Source of the DNA: an uncultured Gammaproteobacteria bacterium
GTDB lineage: Bacteria > Patescibacteriota > Patescibacteriia > Magasanikbacterales > GWA2-37-8
DNA length: 64,000 bases
Assembly: GCA_964596525.1 (NCBI GenBank)
Contig: CAZQUL010000001.1
Coordinates: forward strand, 601,956 to 665,955
Direction: 5' to 3'
The notes beneath the pieces were generated by a model. It worked only from the letters and a program-made list of their open reading frames with translations, was not told the origin of the DNA and searched no databases. A program made the translations under genes and the position numbers. Positions within the stretch are counted from its first letter, which is position 1, and each line of letters opens with the position of its first letter. This document shows, in pieces, positions 9,180 to 18,728 of the stretch.

Positions 9180-11048
9180 ATGGCAAACACAAAAGAACTG
9201 CAAAAATTTAACAGCGAGTACGATGAAGCCAAGAAAAACTTCCTGTACTACTACAAGCCTGAATTTGATCGGGCTTATAAGCTGTTCTCCTCTTTCAACG
9301 GCGATCGTGCCGAACAGCTTGAAAGAACCAATGACGGCGAGGTTTGGCAATCAAATGTTTTTATTCCTCAAGTTTTTTCATACATTAAAACCTTTTTGCA
9401 AAAGACAGTCGGAATAACCCCCGACTTCAAGCTCGAGGGCAAGAACAGCGAAGCATTAAAAGACCTTGTGCTGTGGCTCTGGGAGATCGGCATGAGCGAT
9501 GACCTGATTGATTACTTCCTGCAAGTATTCATCTGCGGAACGACGGTCGGCAAAGACTTCCTGCGTAAGGAAACCAAGAAAAAGAGACAAAAAGAAATCG
9601 GCATCGTTGATAAAATCAAAAAGCTTATTTTCAAGACAGCAACATCCAAGATCGTCTTCAGACCAGACTTTGATCCGGTGGATATTTATAACTTCTATCC
9701 GCATCCGAGAATGAAAAAGATTGCCGATCCATTCCCGGTATTCCACCGCTATGTCCTGACTCTGGATGAGATGAAAGCCCAATATCCCGATATAAGCGAA
9801 AGTGTCTGGAAACAATTCCTCAATACCGAGGGTGAAGTCGTGAAGTCCGGAGGTGACACCACCGACTACGCCTATGTCCGAAAAGAAGTCCTGATCCAGC
9901 TTAGAAAAAATATCAGAGAAACCACTAAGGCCTCAACTCCTGTGGAGGGTAACTCGAATAATGCAGTATCCGCACCGACCAGCGATGAAAAGCTGTTTGA
10001 AGTCGTTGAACGCTGGATTGACGAGAGGTTCACCGTATTCCTGCCGATGGACGGAACGCCGATAGAGATCAAGGACGGCGACAACCCATACGATCACGAA
10101 CAGAAGCCATATTCCCGAACAGGATTCTTCCCAAGACCGTTCTCGTTTTACTGGCTCGGTATTCCAAAGCTTGTCGACCATTTGCAAGAACTTCTCAATT
10201 CCGTAACCAACCAAAGAGTGGATGCGGTGACAATGAAAATTCACAGCATGATTGCGGCCGCACCGGTGGCTCTGCCCGGTTACAAGCAATCAACCATAAC
10301 GGTCAAACCTCTCGGAATTTTATGGACTAATGATCCGAACTCGGTCCGGGAATTAAAATTCGGCGATGTTAATTCCTCTGCATTTATAGAACCAGACCAC
10401 ATCAAAGAAGCCATGCGTATTGCCGTCGGTGTGGATGAATTCACTACCACGGCCGGTGTGGACAGAAAAGAAACTGCAACCGTTGCCTCATTTATGCGAG
10501 AAGCAACGCTCGAGGGCGTGAAGCTGTTCCTGATAATGCTTCGCAATTCCTACGTGATGCATTTTGACCACTGGATCAGCATGATCAAGCAATTCTGGAC
10601 AAAGAAGTCTGTAATGCCAGACAAGGCCGTAGCGATTCTGACCAGACACGGACTTATAACCGATGCCGATGAAAGCGTAAACGGACTCTTTGACGATGAA
10701 TACGAAATGTCGCTCGAATCAACCACTTCTCTGGCCACGTCATCCGAACTTAGAAAAGCCAAAGATTTGGAACTGTGGGAACTGATAAAAGACGTAAACG
10801 AGCTGACCGATGCCGAGACCGGAATCGTGTACTCAATCAAGAAATTCAAAATACTGATGAAACTTTTTGAGGATTACGGCTGGGAGCCGACCAACTATAT
10901 CACCGAACAAAAACAGCCGGTTTCGATGCCGACAGACCCGAATATTCCAACGGGCGAAGCTCCAGCAATTGATCCAAACGAAAATCCAGCACCGCCGCTT
11001 CCCGGAAATGAAATGGGAGCGATGCTGGGTAACGCACTAAAACAATAA
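9180..11048 (+). CDS. Portal protein (podovirus/P22-like)
   Basis: 622 aa directly after TerL. DIYNFYP, PFSFYWLGIP, LQELLN...NQRVD and ETAT motifs are typical of podoviral portals. Confidence 0.85.
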   Translation: MANTKELQKFNSEYDEAKKNFLYYYKPEFDRAYKLFSSFNGDRAEQLERTNDGEVWQSNVFIPQVFSYIKTFLQKTVGITPDFKLEGKNSEALKDLVLWLWEIGMSDDLIDYFLQVFICGTTVGKDFLRKETKKKRQKEIGIVDKIKKLIFKTATSKIVFRPDFDPVDIYNFYPHPRMKKIADPFPVFHRYVLTLDEMKAQYPDISESVWKQFLNTEGEVVKSGGDTTDYAYVRKEVLIQLRKNIRETTKASTPVEGNSNNAVSAPTSDEKLFEVVERWIDERFTVFLPMDGTPIEIKDGDNPYDHEQKPYSRTGFFPRPFSFYWLGIPKLVDHLQELLNSVTNQRVDAVTMKIHSMIAAAPVALPGYKQSTITVKPLGILWTNDPNSVRELKFGDVNSSAFIEPDHIKEAMRIAVGVDEFTTTAGVDRKETATVASFMREATLEGVKLFLIMLRNSYVMHFDHWISMIKQFWTKKSVMPDKAVAILTRHGLITDADESVNGLFDDEYEMSLESTTSLATSSELRKAKDLELWELIKDVNELTDAETGIVYSIKKFKILMKLFEDYGWEPTNYITEQKQPVSMPTDPNIPTGEAPAIDPNENPAPPLPGNEMGAMLGNALKQ

Positions 11049-11052
11049 ACCT

Positions 11053-11292
11053 ATGAGCGAAAAAATAAACAAACAAACCGAGGAAACCATAAGCAATTTG
11101 TACGAGACAAAATACTTTGAAGCGTTGTCCGAGCTTGTTGCCGATGAATTGGAAATAACCAAGACTTGGCTGTTAAACAAGGGACTGCCCAATGACGACA
11201 TTCGGCACTATCAAGGTCGAGCCGAAGGACTGGGAGTCGTGCTATTGAGAATCAAAGCAATCCACGATGAATTTATAAAACCAAAACTATGA
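11053..11292 (+). CDS. Small phage protein (Bbp19-like position after portal)
   Basis: 79 aa with a YQGRAEGL motif, between portal and scaffold. Confidence 0.6.
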   Translation: MSEKINKQTEETISNLYETKYFEALSELVADELEITKTWLLNKGLPNDDIRHYQGRAEGLGVVLLRIKAIHDEFIKPKL

Positions 11293-11315
11293 AAACCTGA
11301 CATTAAACAATCAAA

Positions 11316-11424
11316 GGAAATCGCCAAATTTTGAGGGGTTCAGCTGGCCTCTTAAGATGGGATTTCTGGCGATTTCCACATCTTGAGAAGCCAACCGAGC
11401 CTCCACAAAGGGGCTCGGTTTTAT
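11316..11424 (+). promoter_or_regulatory. Attenuator-like RNA with terminator and alternative antiterminator
   Basis: Stem 11316-11326/11367-11377; terminator 11393-11403/11410-11420; competing stem 11331-11359/11379-11408. Confidence 0.6.
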
Positions 11425-11496
11425 TAACAGACGGACGCTTTCAAGGTCTTTCGTGAGGTCAGACTTAACAAAGAACAATCCGTCATTAATACGCCT

Positions 11497-12342
11497 ATGG
11501 AAAAACCAAACAATTCCGGCGCCGATCCGAATCCAGCACCATCATTCGATGATGCGGTCGGAAAGGAACAACCGGTCAATCAGATTCCGTCAGGCACTCC
11601 GAGCGGAGAGCAACCTGACAACAAACCGGACGCTTCGGGCGAAAAGCCCAAAGATCAATCCGGCGTAACGCCTGCCGATAAAGGCGAAAGTCCCGAGGGA
11701 AAACAACCCGAGGGCAACAAGTCCTTCTGGGGCAAGTTCAAGAGCGAGGATGATGCTAAACGCTCATATGATGAAGCCCAGACGAAAATAATCGATCAAG
11801 GAAAAGAGATCAATGAATTGAAAACGACTCATGAGAAAAACGAACAGTTTCTCTCGGTGCTCGACAAGGCATTGGTCAAAAATCCCCAATTGGCCGAACA
11901 GCTGAAAGCAAGTCTTGCCGAAGCCATGAAAGCCAGCGATGACGAGCCGAAGGACACGCCCGATATAGAAGCACTCCTCGACAAGAAGCTTGAGGAACGA
12001 GATATGAAAGCCAAGACAAAATCCGAGATCGACAAATGGATCGAGGATCATCCGGATTTCAAAGAGCCGGAGCTTGGACATCAAATTCTCGACATCATCG
12101 AGAAAGAGAAACTCCCGTTCAATGCTCGGACACTACAATTGGCCTACGACTCCATAACCAAGGATGCCCAAGCCAAGAAAGCGACCGAGGAAGCTTTGAA
12201 AAAAGAGGAAGTGAAAAATCTCGAGCGAGAAAATGCATCAGGTGTCGGAGGCGGTACGCCAACCGCCAAAGGCCAAACACCCAAAGATAACCCCTTTGAC
12301 GATCTTGTGGGTGAAAGTATCAACCCTAACCGAGTCAGGTAA
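11497..12342 (+). CDS. Capsid scaffolding protein
   Basis: Acidic, disordered N-terminus, GKFKSEDDAKRSYDEAQ motif and coiled coil; precedes the capsid gene. Confidence 0.8.
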   Translation: MEKPNNSGADPNPAPSFDDAVGKEQPVNQIPSGTPSGEQPDNKPDASGEKPKDQSGVTPADKGESPEGKQPEGNKSFWGKFKSEDDAKRSYDEAQTKIIDQGKEINELKTTHEKNEQFLSVLDKALVKNPQLAEQLKASLAEAMKASDDEPKDTPDIEALLDKKLEERDMKAKTKSEIDKWIEDHPDFKEPELGHQILDIIEKEKLPFNARTLQLAYDSITKDAQAKKATEEALKKEEVKNLERENASGVGGGTPTAKGQTPKDNPFDDLVGESINPNRVR

Positions 12343-12401
12343 CGCTTATAAGATTTGAGGTCCTGTGAGCGGTCACCGACTCGATAACATAACAAACAAT
12401 T

Positions 12402-13625
12402 ATGCCTGAACCAACCCATATCATTGGTACGAGAAATACGCTGACGATCGAACAGTCACAGCGTATTCCCGATGTCGATGACAAAATATTCCTCCTTGAA
12501 CCAGGCGAATCACCGCTCACTGCTTTCTTGACTCAAATCGGAAAGATCGGAGACGGCGGAGGCAAGTTCAAGGGCATGGCTCTACAAAAGAGAGTCGTGT
12601 ACAACCCGGAATTCACTGAATACGAGGATTCATATTCCGGCGTCTGGGCCCAGATCAACAACGGTGCTGGTTACAACGACTCAGCTACTGAATTGGTCGT
12701 AGACAACCCGGGCGGTTCGATATTCACCAAGTACGATCTGATCAAAAACACTCGTACCGGTGAAATCATGCGTGTGACTGCGGTCAACTACTCCACTCAC
12801 ACGATCACCGTAACTCGAGGTGCCGGTGCCACGGCGGCCGCCGCCATTAACAATGACGACTGGCTCTTAATCATCGGTCCTGCTTTTGAGGAAGGATCAA
12901 AGTCTGGCGATTCCAACACGACCAAACTCGTGAAAGTCACCAACTACACCCAAATCTTCAAAACCAAGTTCGGTGTCACTGCAACCGAGAACGCTTCGAA
13001 GCTCTATCCGTCCGGTAGTCCGGGTGCGGATCTTAAATACTTGCGTGCCAAACACGGCATCGAGCAAGCCAAGAAAATCGAACGCGCGTATTGGTTCGGT
13101 GAAAAGAAAGAAGTCACCGGTCCCGATGGCAAGCCTCTCCGCATAACCGGAGGTGTCTTGGAAGCCATCATCTCTGCGGGCAACGTGCAAGATGAAGCAA
13201 GTTCCGCTTTAACCGAAGCAGAATTCCGCTCGTTCTTGCAGAACTATGCCTTTAAGTATGGCTCGTCTGAAAAATACTTCTTCTGCGGAAACACCGTACT
13301 CGGATATTTGGAAAGCTTTGCCACTGGCAAGCTATACCTGACTCCGAGCGACAAGACCTTCGGTGTGGAAGTGAGAAAGTATCAGTCTTCATTCGGAACG
13401 CTGAACATTGTCCGTCATCCGATGTTCGACAATCAGTATGCCGGTATGGGAGTCGTGCTTGATCTCTCAACTTTGAAGCATTGTCCTTTGAACGGTCGAG
13501 ACACCACGCTCGAAACCAACATTCAGGACAACGATGCTGATGAGGAGATGGATCAGTACAAAACCGAAGTCGGTCTACAGAGAGTCAACTTCGAGAAAAA
13601 CGCCTTGATCAAGGGCGTAGCTTAA
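12402..13625 (+). CDS. Major capsid protein (SU10/DUF5309-like) with insertion domain
   Basis: NYTQIF, IERAYWFG, TGGV and YQSSFGTLNIVRHP motifs; position after the scaffold. Confidence 0.88.
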   Translation: MPEPTHIIGTRNTLTIEQSQRIPDVDDKIFLLEPGESPLTAFLTQIGKIGDGGGKFKGMALQKRVVYNPEFTEYEDSYSGVWAQINNGAGYNDSATELVVDNPGGSIFTKYDLIKNTRTGEIMRVTAVNYSTHTITVTRGAGATAAAAINNDDWLLIIGPAFEEGSKSGDSNTTKLVKVTNYTQIFKTKFGVTATENASKLYPSGSPGADLKYLRAKHGIEQAKKIERAYWFGEKKEVTGPDGKPLRITGGVLEAIISAGNVQDEASSALTEAEFRSFLQNYAFKYGSSEKYFFCGNTVLGYLESFATGKLYLTPSDKTFGVEVRKYQSSFGTLNIVRHPMFDNQYAGMGVVLDLSTLKHCPLNGRDTTLETNIQDNDADEEMDQYKTEVGLQRVNFEKNALIKGVA

Positions 13626-13637
13626 GCCTGATCATCG

Positions 13638-13691
13638 GCTCTGCTCTGACTCGCTGGCTTTCAAGATTTGGAAGCCAGGAGTAAGGGTGGA
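13638..13691 (+). terminator. Long hairpin after the capsid gene (terminator or processing site)
   Basis: CTCTGCTCT-GACTC-GCTGGCTTT...GGAAGCCAG-GAGT-AAGGGTGGAG imperfect stem, without a clear U-tract. Confidence 0.4.
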
Positions 13692-13726
13692 GGCCATCAA
13701 TTAAAAACTTTAATCAACCAACTTAT

Positions 13727-14083
13727 ATGGCTAAATACAATTCCCACATCAAAAAACTGCGAATCGTTCTCAAGCCGGCCACGCCGGTATATGAGGGCGG
13801 AGTGAAAGTCGGCGATCAGCCGGGTGAATACGCCCAGTTTGAGGATGGCCAATTCGAAACTCAAGACGAAGCGATAATCGAAAAACTCGAATCGCTTGGA
13901 ACATTCAAGATTGACTTCTGGAGGGTCTCCGAGGAGACATCTCCGACCGAGGATACGACGGTGGACAAAGACTTGGCCAAGCTGACCAAGAAAGAACTCC
14001 AGACTCTGGCTAAGGATAAAAGTGTCGAGGTCGACGGCACCGAGAGCAAAGAGAGATTAATCGAGCTTTTGCTTAACAAATAA
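13727..14083 (+). CDS. Phage protein with C-terminal Rho-N/HeH-like motif
   Basis: LAKLTKKELQTLAK...KERLIELL. Confidence 0.7.
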   Translation: MAKYNSHIKKLRIVLKPATPVYEGGVKVGDQPGEYAQFEDGQFETQDEAIIEKLESLGTFKIDFWRVSEETSPTEDTTVDKDLAKLTKKELQTLAKDKSVEVDGTESKERLIELLLNK

Positions 14084-14115
14084 AATCGGCCGAGGTCGAT
14101 AACCAATTCAAACTT

Positions 14116-14895
14116 ATGCCAATAGTATCTGCGGACTTAAAAGAATATAAGTCATCCAATGCCAACTCAGACGGCGGTGGAATTTCCGCCACTGAAGTCG
14201 TGGATAATACCGACAACAACTTATTCACCGACATCACCGGTGATGAAGCTTCTGCCGGAGGAACAGAATATCGAAAAGTATTCCGTAAAAATAACCACGG
14301 CTCGCTGTCTTGGCAAAACGTGGTCTCGTGGCTTCAAAGCCAGCCGACCAATTCAGCCTTATCATTCGGATTCGGCGTAGATCACGCCGATGATGCCGAC
14401 GGTGCTCAAGGAAACATGTCGGCTTTTTCCGGTAATGCGGTAGTGGCCGTAGTTTCCGACGGTGCCGACACCAGACAAGTGACGATTGTCGGCGAGGATG
14501 CATCAGGAAACAGGCAGACCGAAACCCTGACGTTAAACGGCACAACCGAAGTCGTGGGAGCTCTCACATTCTCCAAGCTTTATGGTGCTTATGTAAACTC
14601 ACTCTCCGCATCCCGTTCGGTGACGATAAGGCAAGGATCGGGAGGAACTTCAAGAGGCGTGATCGGAATAAACAAAAAGATCAGTTTTATCTGGTATGGC
14701 AAACGCTATTCCGGAGGTTCTCTCGTTAATGCCGAGGGTGGCGACATGGCCAGCAAAGCGACCGGACTAAAACACGGCGACATCGCTTCAGCTGGTAATT
14801 TCGGCGTGTGGTATCGCATGACTTGGCCTGCCGGTGCCGGTGCGGTAACGGCAACAACCACGCAAGTGAAATCCGAGGGCGACACTGCGGCCTAA
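14116..14895 (+). CDS. Virion structural protein
   Basis: NNLFTDITGDEASAGGTEYRKVF motif, Gly/Ser/Thr-rich, within the structural operon. Confidence 0.7.
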   Translation: MPIVSADLKEYKSSNANSDGGGISATEVVDNTDNNLFTDITGDEASAGGTEYRKVFRKNNHGSLSWQNVVSWLQSQPTNSALSFGFGVDHADDADGAQGNMSAFSGNAVVAVVSDGADTRQVTIVGEDASGNRQTETLTLNGTTEVVGALTFSKLYGAYVNSLSASRSVTIRQGSGGTSRGVIGINKKISFIWYGKRYSGGSLVNAEGGDMASKATGLKHGDIASAGNFGVWYRMTWPAGAGAVTATTTQVKSEGDTAA

Positions 14896-14909
14896 AAAGT
14901 TTATAAGCT

Positions 14910-16463
14910 ATGGCCAAAACATTCCTAACAAAAAAGAATAATGCCAAAAGCACAATCACGGACAATCCGCTTCTTTCGGTAGCGACAACTTTGAATGTGC
15001 TGACTGGCGACGGCTCAAAATATCCGGATGCACCGTTCCATGCGACTTTGTATGCGAGCGATCCTGCAACCAGCGAGATCGTGAAAGTGACGGCAAAATC
15101 AACAGACCAATTCACGATCGAAAGAGCCAAAGAAAACACCACTGCCCAGGAATGGCCTCAAGGCACACGCCTTGAACTTTTGGTCACGGCCAAACTTTTT
15201 GACGACTTGCAGACAAGAACAGAGGTTGTGGTCGCCACTGACGGTTCTGGCGATTATAACTGCGACGGCACGGCCGATCAGACGGAAATAAACGAAGCGA
15301 TCAGTAACCTGCCTGCCGGTGGCGGAATCGTAAGAATCAAAAAAGGAACCTACAACCTGACCGGAATCATTGAAATCTTAAAAAGCAACGTTGTCTTGGA
15401 GGGCGAAGGCTCGGCGACCATATTGCGAGCCGCGAATGCCAGCAACTTGGGAGATATTGTGAGAGTCGGAAACGGAGGCACGACCAGCTACCAAAACATC
15501 ATCATCCGAAAATTCATGATTGACGGCAATCAATCCAATCAGACATCGGGTGCCAGCAGTCCGCTGGTGTTATGGGGTACGAGCTCTTACAAACACAGCC
15601 GAATCACTGTCGAGAACATGTGGCTGACCGGTGCAAGACAAGATTGTATGAAAGTGATTGCTGTTGAGGACAGCGTGATAAGGAATAATTTTATTTATTC
15701 CAATACCGGAGCCGCGATCGGATTGTTTACCACTTCTCAATACATCAGCATCACCGGAAACATTCTGACATCGAATTCCTACGGGGTATACGACAATGCC
15801 TGCAATTACTGCACCATGACCGGAAATGTCCTGCGAAGCAACGGCTACGGTTTCTATGTGACCAACGGCTGGCGAGAAAACATATCGGGCAACACGATAT
15901 TCACCAGTACCAACTACGGTGTGTACCTGATCGGAGCTCAAAGAGTGACCGTAACCGGAAATAATTTCTACGGCGATAACTGGAGCATCGTTGTCGGCAA
16001 CAGCTCAAACATCACCCGATACAACGTGATCACCGGAAATGTCATCGCTTGGCCTACGAGCCAAGGAATCGCTTTGTACTACGGAACAGGAACAACTGTG
16101 GGCAATGTAATCACCGGAAACCATATCTTCGGGGCCGGTGGACATGGAATATATCTCTACGCTTCCTCTTACAACACGATCACTGGCAACGCTATCGACA
16201 ATGCTTCAAGAACCACCACTAACACATCACACAGCATCTATCTCTCAGATAACGGTACGGTTTACTCAACCTACAACGTAATCTCATCAAATAATCTGCA
16301 AGCGACCCAAACCAATAAAGTCGCCTACCACATTCGAGAACAAGGTGTGAGCGATGATTATAACCTTGCGATCGGCAATATCTGCAAAGATGCGGTGACC
16401 GGTCAAATCGGCCTGCAAGGTGCCAACTCTGTGCGAGGTACTAACATCCCAGCTTCGGGCTAA
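14910..16463 (+). CDS. Right-handed beta-helix (pectin-lyase-like) spike protein
   Basis: DGTADQTEINEAI...GGIVRIKKGTY entry motif and many ITGN/xGN repeats. Confidence 0.85.
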   Translation: MAKTFLTKKNNAKSTITDNPLLSVATTLNVLTGDGSKYPDAPFHATLYASDPATSEIVKVTAKSTDQFTIERAKENTTAQEWPQGTRLELLVTAKLFDDLQTRTEVVVATDGSGDYNCDGTADQTEINEAISNLPAGGGIVRIKKGTYNLTGIIEILKSNVVLEGEGSATILRAANASNLGDIVRVGNGGTTSYQNIIIRKFMIDGNQSNQTSGASSPLVLWGTSSYKHSRITVENMWLTGARQDCMKVIAVEDSVIRNNFIYSNTGAAIGLFTTSQYISITGNILTSNSYGVYDNACNYCTMTGNVLRSNGYGFYVTNGWRENISGNTIFTSTNYGVYLIGAQRVTVTGNNFYGDNWSIVVGNSSNITRYNVITGNVIAWPTSQGIALYYGTGTTVGNVITGNHIFGAGGHGIYLYASSYNTITGNAIDNASRTTTNTSHSIYLSDNGTVYSTYNVISSNNLQATQTNKVAYHIREQGVSDDYNLAIGNICKDAVTGQIGLQGANSVRGTNIPASG

Positions 16464-16470
16464 AAGAATT

Positions 16471-17772
16471 ATGTTCAACGCTTATCAATTCAACACCGCA
16501 CAACTTAACAGCACTGCGACCAAACCAATCGCAAAAGTGATGAATTATGCGGTGGATGTTCTTGGACTGATAGCCCGACCGATCACTTATGTCTTCGACC
16601 AATTCGTCTCGGTTTTTAATCTGACAACCTACAAAGCTGACATCCTGAACCTGATAGAGAAAACCGAAACTTACGTATTGGATGTTTACTCGGTAATCAG
16701 TAAAGCCATCTTGTATCTGCTGGATGTTAAGAATTTGATCGCCAATACCATGACTTACTCATGGGATTTGCGACAGCTGATATCTAAAACATTCTCGTAT
16801 GTGTGGGACGTGATCGGCGGTGCGTTAATGGGAGTGATTTATAAGCTGGATATCAGACAGCTGGCCGAAAAACAAACAAGATATCTGCACGATATTTTGT
16901 TCACGCTTAGCAAAACACTGACATACCGCTTTGACTCGTTTCTTTCCGCAATCAGTCAGACCATCTACAAGCTGGATATCAGGAATCTTGCGACAAAGTT
17001 TCAATCTTACCTGATAGATATCGGCGGTGTAGTAGCGAGAATCCACAACTACAAACTCGACATCTTAAATCTTGCCGATAAAGCGACTAATTACATTCAC
17101 AATATCAGAGCCTTGATCGCAAAATACTGGACTTATGGTTTTGAGATCAGAAGTTTAATCGCCAAGACACAAAGATACATCCTCGACATTCTCAACACGA
17201 TCGGAAAGACAATCAACTATGCGTTGGACATCTTACTTCTCGCAGTAAAACAGTCGGCTTATATCCTCGACATCCGAAATTTAGCAAACAGACTGACAGG
17301 TTATCTATTCGATGTAAGAAATTTGGCCGAACGAATAACCGCCTACAAGCTGGATATCAAAATACTCGTCGCCAAGATTGAAAGATATCTGTGGGACATC
17401 AGAAGTTTGATCGCAAAAACAGGAACTTACGTGCTGGATGTTCTAAGCAAAATTGCCAAAGCTTGGATGTACGCATTCGATGTCCTGATCGGAATCGGAA
17501 AACAATGGTCATACGTTCTCGATATCAAAGGACTTATAGCAAAGGTTTGGACTTATCGCCTCCGCATTTGGAAAGTCATCGAGGGAGTAAAAATCGCCGT
17601 TGAGTTTTTATCAGCCAAGCTGTCGGTCCTGATGTTTTCGGCAAAAGAAACTCTTGGCCTTACCACGGCCAAATCAAACATAGAGGTCAAAACCGCACGG
17701 CAGGATCAGCAGATGCAGACTTCGAAAACCGACATCAATCTGCCAAGCAATAAAAAAGACATAAACCTATGA
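16471..17772 (+). CDS. Fibre-like protein made of 25 ungapped 14-aa repeats plus 9-aa C-terminal repeats
   Basis: Period-14 pattern Y-x-L-D-I-x-x-L-I-x-K from 16546 to 17595. Start at ATG 16471 after the spike stop. Confidence 0.8.
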   Translation: MFNAYQFNTAQLNSTATKPIAKVMNYAVDVLGLIARPITYVFDQFVSVFNLTTYKADILNLIEKTETYVLDVYSVISKAILYLLDVKNLIANTMTYSWDLRQLISKTFSYVWDVIGGALMGVIYKLDIRQLAEKQTRYLHDILFTLSKTLTYRFDSFLSAISQTIYKLDIRNLATKFQSYLIDIGGVVARIHNYKLDILNLADKATNYIHNIRALIAKYWTYGFEIRSLIAKTQRYILDILNTIGKTINYALDILLLAVKQSAYILDIRNLANRLTGYLFDVRNLAERITAYKLDIKILVAKIERYLWDIRSLIAKTGTYVLDVLSKIAKAWMYAFDVLIGIGKQWSYVLDIKGLIAKVWTYRLRIWKVIEGVKIAVEFLSAKLSVLMFSAKETLGLTTAKSNIEVKTARQDQQMQTSKTDINLPSNKKDINL

Positions 17773-18083
17773 GCATAAAAATCGTACAAAACGACACCAG
17801 ACCTCCACTGGAATTCAGCCTGACTCAAGACGGCTCGCCGGTCGATCTAACCGGATGCACGGTCAAATTCTACATGAAAGATGCGACAACCGGATCAGTA
17901 AAGATCAATGGAAGTGCTTGTGTTATCACCGATGCCACCAAGGGCAAATGCCGATACAACTGGACGGCCTCGGACACCAATACGGTTGCGACTTACCTGG
18001 GAGAGGTTGAGGTCACTTTTCCCGACGGCAAAATCCAAACTGGATATAAGCAATTATCAATCATCATCCGTGATGACATTTAA
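17769..18083 (+). CDS. BppU N-terminal-like Ig-fold phage protein
   Basis: QNDTRP...DGSPVDLTG.TV...DATKGKCRY.W...YLGEVEV. Confidence 0.75.
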   Translation: MSIKIVQNDTRPPLEFSLTQDGSPVDLTGCTVKFYMKDATTGSVKINGSACVITDATKGKCRYNWTASDTNTVATYLGEVEVTFPDGKIQTGYKQLSIIIRDDI

Positions 18084-18088
18084 AACCT

Positions 18089-18721
18089 ATGACCAGAGGC
18101 GAAATTAAAACTGCAATAAAGAACGAGGTCGATGATCAGACAATCGATTCGTCTTTGCTGAACACGTGGATACAAAGAGCCGATGAAAAGGTGCAAAGCT
18201 GGAGACCGCCGGAGGATCGGGATCAGACATTCGACTATTGGGATTATTTAAAAACCGAACAGCCGTTCACGACGGTTGCCAATCAGGAAAAATATCCGGT
18301 ACCGGAAAATTACCGAGCGTTTATCGAACTCAGAATAGGGACAGACAAAACACCTTATAAGCTGGTCGACTTCCGAGACAGAGACAAGTTTGATGACCAT
18401 GCGGTGTACATGCTGGGCGGATATTTCTATCCGGTGGCAACTCCGACAACCAACGGCAACGCCATGAGATTTGTCTTTGTCCGAATATCTGATGACTTTG
18501 CGTCCGACAATGACGAACCGGAAGTCGAAAAACTCTACCATCAAGCTTATGTCGAATGGGGCAAAAAAATGTACTACAACCAGCAGGGCGACACCGAACT
18601 GGAACGACAAGCCGATAATAACTTCGAGAGGGTGATGCTTGGAAAATGGCGTGATCAAGAGCTGGCCAGAATGGCCTCGGCTTCGGATCAAGCGGAAATT
18701 TCAAGAAGCAGTCTCGTATAA
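18089..18721 (+). CDS. Head-tail adaptor (tail tubular A-like)
   Basis: MTRGEIK...TVANQEKYPVP...DEPEVEKLYHQAYV; position and size fit. Confidence 0.7.
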   Translation: MTRGEIKTAIKNEVDDQTIDSSLLNTWIQRADEKVQSWRPPEDRDQTFDYWDYLKTEQPFTTVANQEKYPVPENYRAFIELRIGTDKTPYKLVDFRDRDKFDDHAVYMLGGYFYPVATPTTNGNAMRFVFVRISDDFASDNDEPEVEKLYHQAYVEWGKKMYYNQQGDTELERQADNNFERVMLGKWRDQELARMASASDQAEISRSSLV

Positions 18722-18728
18722 AACAGCT

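Noticed and set aside
14910-17772. Diversity-generating retroelement targeting the fibre genes
   Set aside because: No reverse transcriptase in the window and no TR/VR pair differing at adenines was seen. The Asn-rich content is explained by the beta-helix.
16471-17772. Conventional tape measure protein
   Set aside because: No tail tube or assembly chaperone genes, the gene order is podoviral, and the repeat lies upstream of the adaptor.
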